Below are positions 45,504-54,524 of a stretch of 64,000 nucleotides of DNA, one piece after another. The notes under the pieces are model-generated. The model searched no databases. It was not told the DNA's origin and worked only from the letters and a program-made list of their open reading frames with translations. This DNA comes from a virus. The position numbers and the translations under genes are program-made. How positions within the stretch are numbered: the stretch's first letter is position 1; each line of letters starts with the position of its first letter. The stretch is from the IMG/VR virus record IMGVR_UViG_3300032235_000792. The stretch is one strand, 5' to 3'.

Positions 45504-46487
45504 ATGATGCAAATACCTTTTGCTTTTATAGCCTCCTCTGGAATAGTAACTGGAGCTGATGGCGACCTAGTTATAACTTCAGGACAGACGGTCGATCTAG
45601 CAGAAGGTTCTGTTAAACAATACAGCAGTATAAATATAGCTTCAGGTGGAACACTCAGGATAACCGGAACAACTGGAGCTTGGACCGAGATTGGCTGCAG
45701 TGGCGATTGTATAATAAACGGACAGATAATAGCTAGAGCTGGATACGACGGACAAGTCACTCACAGTGGTGGAACTTTTACTAAAACAAGCGCATTTGGA
45801 TTAGGGTCACTTTCTTATGCGGTGATTCAGGCAAACGGTGGTGCTGGCGGAGCTAGTGATGGTAGTTCTGGTGGAGCACAGAGTTTAGGTAGAGGCGGCG
45901 GTGGTGGTGGTGGATATGGCGGAAACGGCGGTACTAATGGTGGTGCAGGTGGTGCAGGTAATGATGGTACATATTTAAACGTAGCTGGTGGAGCAGGTGG
46001 TGGATTAGGTAGCGGCTCTACAGGCGGACATGCATCATCAACAAGCAAACCTGGAGCAGGTGGAGCTGGTGCAAGTGGTGGTGGTGGAGGAGGAATATTA
46101 AATTTTAAAGTTGGTTCCGCGGCTTATGGCGGCGGTGGTGGTGGCGGATATAAAGGGCATCACGGTAAAGGTTTAGTTCTATATGTAGAGGGAATTTTAT
46201 CAGGCACAGGATCTGTTGTTGCTTCAGGTAGAGCTGGCTTTAGTGGTGGATACAGCGGAACAGGGCAAGGAACTGGTGGAGCTTTTGTAAGTAGTGGTGG
46301 TGGTGGTGGTGGTGCTGGTGGATCTGGAGGATCCGTAGTAATTAGATATAGAAATAGTAGTACACTACCAGCATTAACTGTAATTGGTGGAGCTGCTGGA
46401 GCAAGAGGTACATCTGGAAGTTCCACTTACTTTGGAGCTAACGGTTCAGCGGGATCTAACGGAACCTCCTCAATTAGTCAAATATAA
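45504..46487 (+). CDS. Glycine-rich fibre/receptor-binding-like protein
   Basis: GADGDLVI, YSSINI, extensive GGAGG/GGGGG tracts. Confidence 0.75.
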   Translation: MMQIPFAFIASSGIVTGADGDLVITSGQTVDLAEGSVKQYSSINIASGGTLRITGTTGAWTEIGCSGDCIINGQIIARAGYDGQVTHSGGTFTKTSAFGLGSLSYAVIQANGGAGGASDGSSGGAQSLGRGGGGGGGYGGNGGTNGGAGGAGNDGTYLNVAGGAGGGLGSGSTGGHASSTSKPGAGGAGASGGGGGGILNFKVGSAAYGGGGGGGYKGHHGKGLVLYVEGILSGTGSVVASGRAGFSGGYSGTGQGTGGAFVSSGGGGGGAGGSGGSVVIRYRNSSTLPALTVIGGAAGARGTSGSSTYFGANGSAGSNGTSSISQI

Positions 46488-46498
46488 GGATTAGTTAT

Positions 46499-46912
46499 AT
46501 GAATTTTTTCACTACGACAAGAAACATGCAGTTTATGGTTGACAGCTGCTGTAGCCTGTATTCTGAGTCATATAAAGGTAATTATTATGGAGATGATGAC
46601 TACACCTTACTGCAGGTTTTAAAGTTTCAATTTACAAAACCTGGAAAAATACCAAATATGAAATATGCAATAGATCACATCTTCATGAATGACATGTGGG
46701 CTTCTGGCTGGGTTGAGATATCACCGCTTCTGGTTCCTTGGATAATGAGCCATCCGGAGTTTATAAATGATTCTTTCGTACAGTCATTAGACTTATCATC
46801 ATTGGAAGATAGAAAAGCATTTTGTCATTACTTGTCTACCTCTGGTAGAACAATGTTTGTAAATAGTTCAATGAGGTTAAAGATAATCGATATTATAGAA
46901 AACAACTTGTAG
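46499..46912 (+). CDS. Hypothetical protein
   Basis: AAGGA SD, 137 aa. Confidence 0.7.
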   Translation: MNFFTTTRNMQFMVDSCCSLYSESYKGNYYGDDDYTLLQVLKFQFTKPGKIPNMKYAIDHIFMNDMWASGWVEISPLLVPWIMSHPEFINDSFVQSLDLSSLEDRKAFCHYLSTSGRTMFVNSSMRLKIIDIIENNL

Positions 46913-46920
46913 GAGACAGC

Positions 46921-47883
46921 GTGTTTAGTCCGTTCTATATCGCATGCGTAACTAATATTTTTCTAGCCCTCTCATTAATTGGTGGCTGGTGGAGCATGTC
47001 GCTATTTGGATTCTTCATGTTGATAGTATCTAGTGCTTCATTAGAATTTGTAGCAAGAAAGTGGCCGGTCAACGAGAATCAAAATCATAACATACCGCTT
47101 TATCTGTTTGTATCATCTTTAGTATTTTTAGATATCTTATTCATTGCTAATTTTGACACATATAACATATACGAGAAGATTATATTAACTCTTTCTTTTG
47201 GATACGTAAATGGACTTGTTGGCGTACCAGCTACTCATGAACTGATTCATAGAAAAGTCTTGATGAAGTACCCTATCATGATTTTGCTAGGCTACTGCCA
47301 CTTTATTCATAATCACATAGCTTATCATCATCAGAAGTTTGGAACTGATAAGGATCTGTCGTATCCCCACATTGATACAAATATGTATAAACACTCTGCA
47401 AAGATGTTCTTATGGCGTCCATATACTGCTATTAAAGATGGCAAGTACGGTCTAATTTTGCTAAATTTCATACCATTAATTGTTTCTTATTTGCTTCTTG
47501 GTAATATATGGGGTTCACTATTTCTTATGGTTGTATCACAATTTCTTTTTGAGGTAATGGATTTCTTATCTCACTACGGGCTTGACCCAAAGGTGTTTTA
47601 TAAAGCCGATAGAATGTACAGCAGTTGGAATTGGAAAAGTAAACTTGGAACATATCTGTGTTTTAACATCACCTACCATAGCTTTCATCACGCCAATAGT
47701 AACAGCACGTTTATAGAGCATAATGTTGATAAACCTTGCCCTATATTTCCGTTCCAAGAGGAAGGCATGGTGGACACGATAGCACTGGCCTTCTTTCCTA
47801 GCAGTCTTAGAAAAAGAGTTAAAAAAGCACTAGATAATAAAATACCTAATAGTAAATACCCAAATGGATTACCCAAATTATAA
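46921..47883 (+). CDS. AlkB-type (alkane 1-monooxygenase/fatty-acid desaturase superfamily) di-iron membrane enzyme
   Basis: Multiple TMs; HELIH, HIAYHH, FEVMDFLSHYGL, SWN, YHSFHHA; GTG start after AGGAG. Confidence 0.85.
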   Translation: MFSPFYIACVTNIFLALSLIGGWWSMSLFGFFMLIVSSASLEFVARKWPVNENQNHNIPLYLFVSSLVFLDILFIANFDTYNIYEKIILTLSFGYVNGLVGVPATHELIHRKVLMKYPIMILLGYCHFIHNHIAYHHQKFGTDKDLSYPHIDTNMYKHSAKMFLWRPYTAIKDGKYGLILLNFIPLIVSYLLLGNIWGSLFLMVVSQFLFEVMDFLSHYGLDPKVFYKADRMYSSWNWKSKLGTYLCFNITYHSFHHANSNSTFIEHNVDKPCPIFPFQEEGMVDTIALAFFPSSLRKRVKKALDNKIPNSKYPNGLPKL

Positions 47884-47892
47884 AGGTGACAA

Positions 47893-48324
47893 ATGTACTG
47901 CTTAATTTTTGACAACAATAAAGAATACATGGGTTTATATGAGTACTTTACACATGAACACATCTCAAATTTTAAAATCAACAATTCTGGAGCAACATAC
48001 TTCTTTCTTTTAAATACTCTACCAACTCAAGGTGAATATCATATATCTGAAGATGAGACTTTGGTGCTAAGAGGATCTGTCAAAACCATAGATAACTCGA
48101 TACACGTTCAAAGAACTTTCTGGTGGGAGAAGTATATGCATCCAGAAAACGTACCAGCAGAACTAGAGACTCAAATCAACGAAAACCTATTGCATATGTA
48201 CAATGGTGGTTCAGAAGAGACGGTTCCTAATCAAATGCCAGAAACTCAGATTATAACTAATAAAGTTGAGAATTGGATAACTGAAGAGACCATTGTACCT
48301 TATAAAGTTTATATTAGAAACTAA
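47893..48324 (+). CDS. Hypothetical protein
   Basis: AAGGTG SD; last + strand gene, convergent overlap with next gene. Confidence 0.7.
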   Translation: MYCLIFDNNKEYMGLYEYFTHEHISNFKINNSGATYFFLLNTLPTQGEYHISEDETLVLRGSVKTIDNSIHVQRTFWWEKYMHPENVPAELETQINENLLHMYNGGSEETVPNQMPETQIITNKVENWITEETIVPYKVYIRN

Positions 48325-49111
48325 ATAGTCGTCTAGTTATAAGTACAGATATCATAAGCAGTATAACTCTAAATGCCGCTTTACCATATATCTTATATTG
48401 TAATAGTTTTGAAACTTCTTTAGTACCACTCTCGCTCTGCTTCTCTTTTAACTCTTGCACCTGCTTCTCTAGTTCATCACGCTTCTTTATGCCCTGAGTC
48501 ATTCTCCATTTCCAGTCAATAGACTTGTAGTAGTCGATCTCTTTATTTATTGAATCTATTTGCTTCTCTATGCGTGCAATACGATCTGCAAGATTGTCAA
48601 TCTGATCAATATCTCGTGTGCCCTTCAATGTTATCTCAGACGTAATCACAAACAGCATAAGAACAAAAATTGACGATCTTAGAACACCCAAGAATAATTT
48701 TTGAATACCTGAATCTGCTCTATAACCAGATAAAAATATAAAGCAAATCTCAGTCAGTATAGCCTGAAGCCAGGTCTTAGCTGTAATTTCACCCTCGCCA
48801 TAGAAAGGCAATGCTTCACTAACTAGAAATCCTGTGATTGTACTAAGCAATATAAAATATGATATGAATTGAAATGAAAATTTACTTATAATCTTTTTGA
48901 TCTGGCGCTTAAATTTAGCTTTGCGCCAGCGTTCAAGCTCAGCTGGGGTTAGTAGGGTGTAGATGTCAATAGGGTCGTCTTTAAGGACGATCCTGGCCAG
49001 TGCATTTATTTCATCTAGAAAAGACAAACTAACTTCGTCTTCGTCCTCAGTTACGGAGACAAAACCCTTGCGTATCTTCTCTGCCTGTTTTTCTAATTCG
49101 TTATCGGACAT
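48314..49111 (-). CDS. Multi-pass membrane protein with coiled coil
   Basis: Three TMs, coiled coil, C-terminal TM. Confidence 0.75.
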   Translation of the reverse strand: MSDNELEKQAEKIRKGFVSVTEDEDEVSLSFLDEINALARIVLKDDPIDIYTLLTPAELERWRKAKFKRQIKKIISKFSFQFISYFILLSTITGFLVSEALPFYGEGEITAKTWLQAILTEICFIFLSGYRADSGIQKLFLGVLRSSIFVLMLFVITSEITLKGTRDIDQIDNLADRIARIEKQIDSINKEIDYYKSIDWKWRMTQGIKKRDELEKQVQELKEKQSESGTKEVSKLLQYKIYGKAAFRVILLMISVLITRRLFSF

Positions 49112-49174
49112 CTATACCCAGTCTTTCTAGGATCGAGAGCATTTCGCACTCATGGACTATATCGATCCACTCAA

Positions 49175-49579
49175 TTAATTTAGCCATTTAAACATCTCAT
49201 TTATTTTAGTTATACTAGCCTCGCCATCGTTCCAGAACCTGCATAGGCCACTTGGATGGGGCATAGCAAAGTGTTCTATGCCTGCTAACTGTAAGCCTTC
49301 AGATGCAGTTTTTCCAAAGCTAATTATTTTGGAATCCGAATAAGATTGAAATTTTAACTTAATATTTTCTAATTCTAACTTTATAATCGACTTACTCAAT
49401 GGCTTGTTACCATTTATTTTTATATCTATTAGGTTTAAATAAACTATATTAAAATTAGTGTCTTTAAATATGTTATCTATAAATTTTCTTGATTTTGTAT
49501 CTGGGTGAAACGCAGACAGATCTGGCGACTGCACGCTCGGATTACTTCCAACTAGGACTATACTTTTGAGAGAACTCAC
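49175..49579 (-). CDS. Uracil-DNA glycosylase superfamily protein
   Basis: VLVGSNPS motif A, IISFGKTA, MPHPSGLCRFWN motif B; GTG start after AAGGA. Confidence 0.75.
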   Translation of the reverse strand: MSSLKSIVLVGSNPSVQSPDLSAFHPDTKSRKFIDNIFKDTNFNIVYLNLIDIKINGNKPLSKSIIKLELENIKLKFQSYSDSKIISFGKTASEGLQLAGIEHFAMPHPSGLCRFWNDGEASITKINEMFKWLN

Positions 49580-49695
49580 GGATGGTGTCCTTTGTAAAAA
49601 TCCTAGTATCATCTAGATCTAATCTATTTATTACTACAATAAGATAAAACGCCCTAGCATAATCGCAACCAGCCATTCTTTCTAGAAGGTTTGGC

Positions 49696-50142
49696 TCATT
49701 GAAGTCTATAGGTGAGCTTATAGTAGCCTTCTTCTGTTTGCTCTTGCTCAATCTTCAGATCCTTCATATCTATTCTATGATCTCTATATAGGTCTCTACA
49801 GATGACCTGAGTTATTCCGGCTTGCCACATTAATCGTAAACACTTCTGACATGGACTGAGTGTTATGACTAGCGTACAGTTGTCGATAGGGATACCTGAT
49901 TTTGCACAGTGTGAGATTAGGTTCTCCTCAGCGTGAATCATGTATTCATATTTTTCTGGTCTTGTAGTCGGAAGTAGACTATCCGGTGCACCTCTAGCAA
50001 AGCCATTATGCCCAGTAGCAACAACCATACCTGTATCGTTCTTAATAAGAACACCACCGACTTTAGTCTCGTCATCATGCGACCTCGCTGACACTGCTTC
50101 GGCCAGGCTCATCCAGTAGGCATGCTTGCTTGGTCTGCTCAT
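49696..50142 (-). CDS. dCMP deaminase
   Basis: RSHD..TKVG, TGHNG, HAEEN, SPCQKC. Confidence 0.92.
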   Translation of the reverse strand: MSRPSKHAYWMSLAEAVSARSHDDETKVGGVLIKNDTGMVVATGHNGFARGAPDSLLPTTRPEKYEYMIHAEENLISHCAKSGIPIDNCTLVITLSPCQKCLRLMWQAGITQVICRDLYRDHRIDMKDLKIEQEQTEEGYYKLTYRLQ

Positions 50143-50975
50143 ACTTCATCTACAGAAATTGGCCTAGACAAGTAGTAGTCTCTATATTTTCTTTTAGAAG
50201 TCATGAAGTCTGTAAATATACAAATCCTAGTCTTGCTGATCCATCTTCTAGAGAAAGGTAGTTCGCTTACGGCAGTAAGCTGAATTGAGATGAATGTATT
50301 TAATCCGTTACTGAAATGCTTTTGATCTTCTTGTGTGTTGCCGTATGTATATACCCTATTGTTCCAGTCTGTTTGAGGAGTCTTGTCTGTTGCTCTTTTT
50401 TGCACATCAGTGACCTTCCATTCTACTATACCTTCACCAAATGCAGTAGAGGAATCAAATAGTGTATCGCCTATTTTTATAGTAGATATAAAATCAAATG
50501 CTTTATCCACTGTGTCATATTCTACAACTTTGGTCTTGTTTAATCTACGTGCTTTATTTTTCTTTTTTGAAAGCTCCTTGCCTTGTTTAAATGGGTCAAA
50601 GGCTGCCTCATCTTGAAATATGATAGATTCTGCTTGATCTGAGTCAAGCTCTAAAGAATAAGATTCAGATGGAAATCTGATAGTCAGGCATATTACATCT
50701 TTACTTAAATCACCATTGGCATTTATTCTTTTTGCAAAAACAAAACCTTCATCTTTATGAATAACTAGAAATCTATCTTTTAAGCTGTTAGATCCACCTC
50801 TTTTTACATACCTAACTTTATTCTCGTGATTTAAGTAAAAAATTGAGTAAACTTCACCAACTTGAACAGGGCCATAGCTCTCAAAAGATTTCATTATTTT
50901 CTTAGCATGTAAGTAGAACTCAGAATCTTTTATTCTTGCCTTATCATCATCAGATAATTCAGTAACTTTTACCAT
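50139..50975 (-). CDS. Hypothetical protein
   Basis: 278-aa ORF, ATGA coupling. Confidence 0.75.
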   Translation of the reverse strand: MVKVTELSDDDKARIKDSEFYLHAKKIMKSFESYGPVQVGEVYSIFYLNHENKVRYVKRGGSNSLKDRFLVIHKDEGFVFAKRINANGDLSKDVICLTIRFPSESYSLELDSDQAESIIFQDEAAFDPFKQGKELSKKKNKARRLNKTKVVEYDTVDKAFDFISTIKIGDTLFDSSTAFGEGIVEWKVTDVQKRATDKTPQTDWNNRVYTYGNTQEDQKHFSNGLNTFISIQLTAVSELPFSRRWISKTRICIFTDFMTSKRKYRDYYLSRPISVDEV

Positions 50976-50982
50976 AAAACCC

Positions 50983-51258
50983 CTATACGTTGAATGTGTC
51001 TAATGTTCTTTTTAGATCTTCTGCTTCTTCTTCAAATATACCCTTTGCTCTATCATCTTTTACCGGCTTGTACCTGGTAACCTTAACTCTGTGTATTTGC
51101 TTTTTTCCAGTTTTAGGATCGGTGACCTCGACGTCTTCAAACCACTCACTTTCTATTCGTGGATCTTTTCTGGGTTTTTTTTGAACTTTCTTTTTTGCAG
51201 CCCTAAAATTATTTTCTTTTTTCACAATGACCTCATTAAAGAATCCAGGTTCCTCCAT
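50983..51258 (-). CDS. Hypothetical basic protein
   Basis: 91-aa ORF in operon. Confidence 0.65.
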   Translation of the reverse strand: MEEPGFFNEVIVKKENNFRAAKKKVQKKPRKDPRIESEWFEDVEVTDPKTGKKQIHRVKVTRYKPVKDDRAKGIFEEEAEDLKRTLDTFNV

Positions 51259-51779
51259 TCTACTAAGAGAATATCTTCAACTGATTTTCTATAAAGTTCA
51301 AGCTCTTTAGGTAATTGCTTTTGTTTAATAAATTGAATCCAATTGACTAACTTACCATTTACTATTAATTCATTGTAAACAGTTATTGGAGTTAGTAGTT
51401 GAGCCGTAAATCTAGAACTACCATCCATTGTCATACCTTTATGATTTAAAAGTAAAGCTTCTGTTGTCAACTCTATATAACGCACGATCTCTTGACGATC
51501 TTCTAAAGATTCGCCCTGAACCAGCGATAGGTCAGGAATATAGGCCTCAACATTATCAGAGGGGGTTGTGATAATGTTGAGGCCGTATTGTGACAGATTT
51601 AACTGCACAAAAAGTGGACACTTAATAACTATGCATGCACTTGATAACTCTAATAACTTAAAATTAGCTTTGGTTTTAAAGTAGTGATCTTGTATTTCTT
51701 GCAAAGCTTTACCGCTACCAGAAAAACTAAGCGGAGCCACGAATCCTTTATCTAGTACAGTAATCTTATTTAATAACAC
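51222..51779 (-). CDS. ThyX-fold protein lacking catalytic motifs (pseudo-ThyX)
   Basis: KITVLDKGFV, IKCPLFV, EAYIP, G..RFTAQLLTP..Y, ELELY align to ThyX; RHR replaced by SQY. Confidence 0.75.
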   Translation of the reverse strand: MLLNKITVLDKGFVAPLSFSGSGKALQEIQDHYFKTKANFKLLELSSACIVIKCPLFVQLNLSQYGLNIITTPSDNVEAYIPDLSLVQGESLEDRQEIVRYIELTTEALLLNHKGMTMDGSSRFTAQLLTPITVYNELIVNGKLVNWIQFIKQKQLPKELELYRKSVEDILLVEWRNLDSLMRSL

Positions 51780-52252
51780 TACTCTTCATCCTTATCTGCA
51801 CTAATTAGTCCAGCTGGAATAATAGGGCCATCGTCCATTAAGGCAGCTTCTAATATTCCGCTTGCCACGATGTCTTCCCATTTTGCTTCAATGTAATCAA
51901 TTGTGCCTTCATCTAAAAAAGATGACGATTTATCAAAATCTTTTGTAAGTACATACACCATCGCGTGGTGCTGCTCTCTTTCCCACATACACCCAACGGA
52001 CTCAACCATTTCATAAAAATCGAATGGGCCTCTCATAGTAGAGGCCAATATTGTTGGCTTGTTTCTAGGCCCTGTATTTACAGCAACTATAAACTGATTG
52101 TTTTGAATTTTAGAAAAGTCCATTGTACCTTGCATAAGCTCGGCACAAAAATCCTCTGATTGAGTTAATGGTTTTGCAACTGTTAAAGTATCATCGCTTT
52201 TAGGCGATGCTTTATCGAGCTTTGACTGAGACGCATCTGGAATAAAACTCAT
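51779..52252 (-). CDS. Hypothetical protein
   Basis: 157-aa coupled ORF. Confidence 0.75.
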   Translation of the reverse strand: MSFIPDASQSKLDKASPKSDDTLTVAKPLTQSEDFCAELMQGTMDFSKIQNNQFIVAVNTGPRNKPTILASTMRGPFDFYEMVESVGCMWEREQHHAMVYVLTKDFDKSSSFLDEGTIDYIEAKWEDIVASGILEAALMDDGPIIPAGLISADKDEE

Positions 52253-52791
52253 TTGTCCCCCTTCTGACTAAGAGAATCTTTCACTGCCATGTCTGTTATA
52301 AAATCTTCAAATATTTTTAACAATTTTCTATTTTTGTTTTTAAAATTTTCTTTTTTTACATTATATTTATTATGTTTATTATGTCTAGCTTCTTCATCTC
52401 TCTCATTACCTATTAAGGGGTGACCATTTATGAACAATTCGTCTCCGGTTCTAACTACGATTATGTTAAGTTCTTGACTAGAGAAAAATTCTGGATCTTC
52501 GATTATCTCTACAGATTCTAAAACACAGTCAGATACTTCGAAATCATAATCGTGATCAAAGTGATTTTTAACAACTATACAAAAACCTCTTTCCTCGCAG
52601 CTGTCTTTTGGACCTTCAGATACTAAAAAGTCTCCACCTTGAAGATATGCTCTCATGTTTCTGCTTAAACTTAAAAGATCGTCAGCTTCAGAATAGGGGA
52701 TATCCAGTTCATCGAGTATTTGAATAATACTTTTAAATTTAAGTCTTACGACTTCATTTTTCTTAGGATTAACTTTCTTTAAAATACTCAT
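52249..52791 (-). CDS. Hypothetical protein
   Basis: 180-aa coupled ORF. Confidence 0.75.
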   Translation of the reverse strand: MSILKKVNPKKNEVVRLKFKSIIQILDELDIPYSEADDLLSLSRNMRAYLQGGDFLVSEGPKDSCEERGFCIVVKNHFDHDYDFEVSDCVLESVEIIEDPEFFSSQELNIIVVRTGDELFINGHPLIGNERDEEARHNKHNKYNVKKENFKNKNRKLLKIFEDFITDMAVKDSLSQKGDK

Positions 52792-52795
52792 ATTA

Positions 52796-53296
52796 TTATT
52801 TATGATCTGTTGAAGAATTTAATAGTTGTTCTTCTATAGATTGTTCCGCATGTGCGTTAATTATATCTTCTTCTGATAAGAAATTTAGTAATTTAGAATA
52901 TTGATCTATCATGCCCCAATGATCTGTTGTAGCATAAACGTTAAGTCTGTAATCTTTTCTTCTGAGTTCATTTAATCTATTTGAGTGAATTATATTAGGG
53001 CTTTCTATTTCGGCTAGATATTTTTTAAAGATAATGCTGTTGACAATATTTTGTCGCATGTCAGACGGCATGCTTTTGAATATTCTTATTCTTTCTATTT
53101 TTAAATTGTGTGTATGCTCTTCTTCTAGAATCTCTAGTTCGCGCTCTTCTTCTTTAGATAAGCTAGGGAACGAGGCACCTAGTAATACGTGGCCTGCACT
53201 TGATAGAGTCAAGCCTGATGATGTCATTGATCCAGTACTAGTAACAGTACTAGTTAATAAACTATCAATGTATGCCTTGTTCGCATTATCGCTCAT
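52796..53296 (-). CDS. Hypothetical protein
   Basis: 166-aa coupled ORF. Confidence 0.7.
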   Translation of the reverse strand: MSDNANKAYIDSLLTSTVTSTGSMTSSGLTLSSAGHVLLGASFPSLSKEEERELEILEEEHTHNLKIERIRIFKSMPSDMRQNIVNSIIFKKYLAEIESPNIIHSNRLNELRRKDYRLNVYATTDHWGMIDQYSKLLNFLSEEDIINAHAEQSIEEQLLNSSTDHK

Positions 53297-54093
53297 TTTC
53301 TACCTAACATTTTAAGTATCTTATCTTCGTCTCTGTCGTATATGTGCAACGAGTCTACAATATGTGTGTATGTTCCAACTTTTAGATTTGGGTACGTAGC
53401 ACTCAACTCTGACACCATATCTTCTGCTAGACTTATAAACCATGGCAAATCATAGACTAAACCAAGAGTCAAATCATTGCTGCGCATATGAACTCTAAAC
53501 AATAACTCGTCATTTCTGATATGAAAATTGCCGTCCAACGTGCATGTCATGTCTTTATTACCCTTGTAAAAATGCTCGGGCAGACTAAATCTAAGTATTG
53601 CTTGGCGAGTATCTTTGTCTGATCTTAGAGCATCTAGGCACCACTGCCAAGGTGTCCTCATTGCGTTCTTAGCATTGTCTGCCAAAAAATCTACGATATC
53701 ATCTGTGCTCATCATCTGCATTTGATCGAATAGTTCATATATAGGATTACCGTGAGTCTTCTTATGACGAATCAAGTGGCCATAGGCAGAATTTACTGTA
53801 CCATCAGGATTTGCTAGTTTTAGCCAGAATTTAGATGCCTCACCAAATTTATCTGCCTTATTAGTCCCAGAATTATAAAGATCACATTCTTTTTTAGTAT
53901 AGTCTGCAATAACTTTATTTCGTTCAGCATCTTTAGTTACTATAGTTTCACTTTTAGGATTCTCTATTTGAAAACCGTAGTATAGCTTTTCTCTTATCTG
54001 CTGACCTCTAGGTGAACATATATAATCTGGGTTATCGTACACGTCCGCTAGTGCGCCAAGATATGCATCATGAATATTGCTGAATTTGTTCAT
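53293..54093 (-). CDS. dCMP hydroxymethylase-like enzyme (thymidylate synthase superfamily, T4 gp42-like)
   Basis: YTKKE..Y.SG, W...A..DGTVNSAYG, DTRQAI, DMTCT, MRSNDLTLGLVYD, SLHIY; GGGAG SD before ATG 54093. Confidence 0.85.
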   Translation of the reverse strand: MNKFSNIHDAYLGALADVYDNPDYICSPRGQQIREKLYYGFQIENPKSETIVTKDAERNKVIADYTKKECDLYNSGTNKADKFGEASKFWLKLANPDGTVNSAYGHLIRHKKTHGNPIYELFDQMQMMSTDDIVDFLADNAKNAMRTPWQWCLDALRSDKDTRQAILRFSLPEHFYKGNKDMTCTLDGNFHIRNDELLFRVHMRSNDLTLGLVYDLPWFISLAEDMVSELSATYPNLKVGTYTHIVDSLHIYDRDEDKILKMLGRK

Positions 54094-54122
54094 CGCTCCC
54101 CCTAGATATAGATTCATTATAC

Positions 54123-54524
54123 TTAATCATCTATATCTATCTCGCCCAACAGTTCTTCTAAATTAGAGGACCATACGCCGTAACCTTTTGATTTATTAGT
54201 TAATTTTTTCATTAGAGAGCCAACTCTTTTACTCAAATGACCGTACACAAAAGTTGATTCTTTGGTGTTGTGATGAGGACTGTAGTTCCTTAGGGCAATA
54301 AAGACTTCGGACATTAAATAAGATCTAACATCGGACATCGTCCATCCACTATTGCCTAGGCTAACTTCATCGCTGCTATTTGTAACAGACAAACTAGCCT
54401 CGTTCCAATTCTTTCTGACAGACATAGCTAGATAAGATTCCACCATTGACTGGTACTTAGTTACCATATCGTTTGTTACACTTCTTTTAACTGCGGGTTC
54501 ATTTACTAATTGGCTTACTTCCAT
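54123..54524 (-). CDS. Sigma-70 domain-2-only RNA polymerase sigma-like factor
   Basis: MVTKYQSMVESY (2.1-like), GWTMSDVRSYLMSEVFIALRNYSP (2.2), TKESTFVYGHL (2.3); no region 4. Confidence 0.65.
   Translation of the reverse strand: MEVSQLVNEPAVKRSVTNDMVTKYQSMVESYLAMSVRKNWNEASLSVTNSSDEVSLGNSGWTMSDVRSYLMSEVFIALRNYSPHHNTKESTFVYGHLSKRVGSLMKKLTNKSKGYGVWSSNLEELLGEIDIDD

Noticed and set aside
49542-49751. 69-aa ORF between dCMP deaminase and the UDG-like gene
   Set aside because: Overlaps both neighbours, has a weak start and no recognisable motif; left uncalled
51222-51779. Functional flavin-dependent thymidylate synthase (thyX)
   Set aside because: RHR-x7-S motif and other catalytic residues are missing
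53293-54093. Ordinary ThyA
   Set aside because: Asp rather than Asn at the specificity position, and gp42-like motifs
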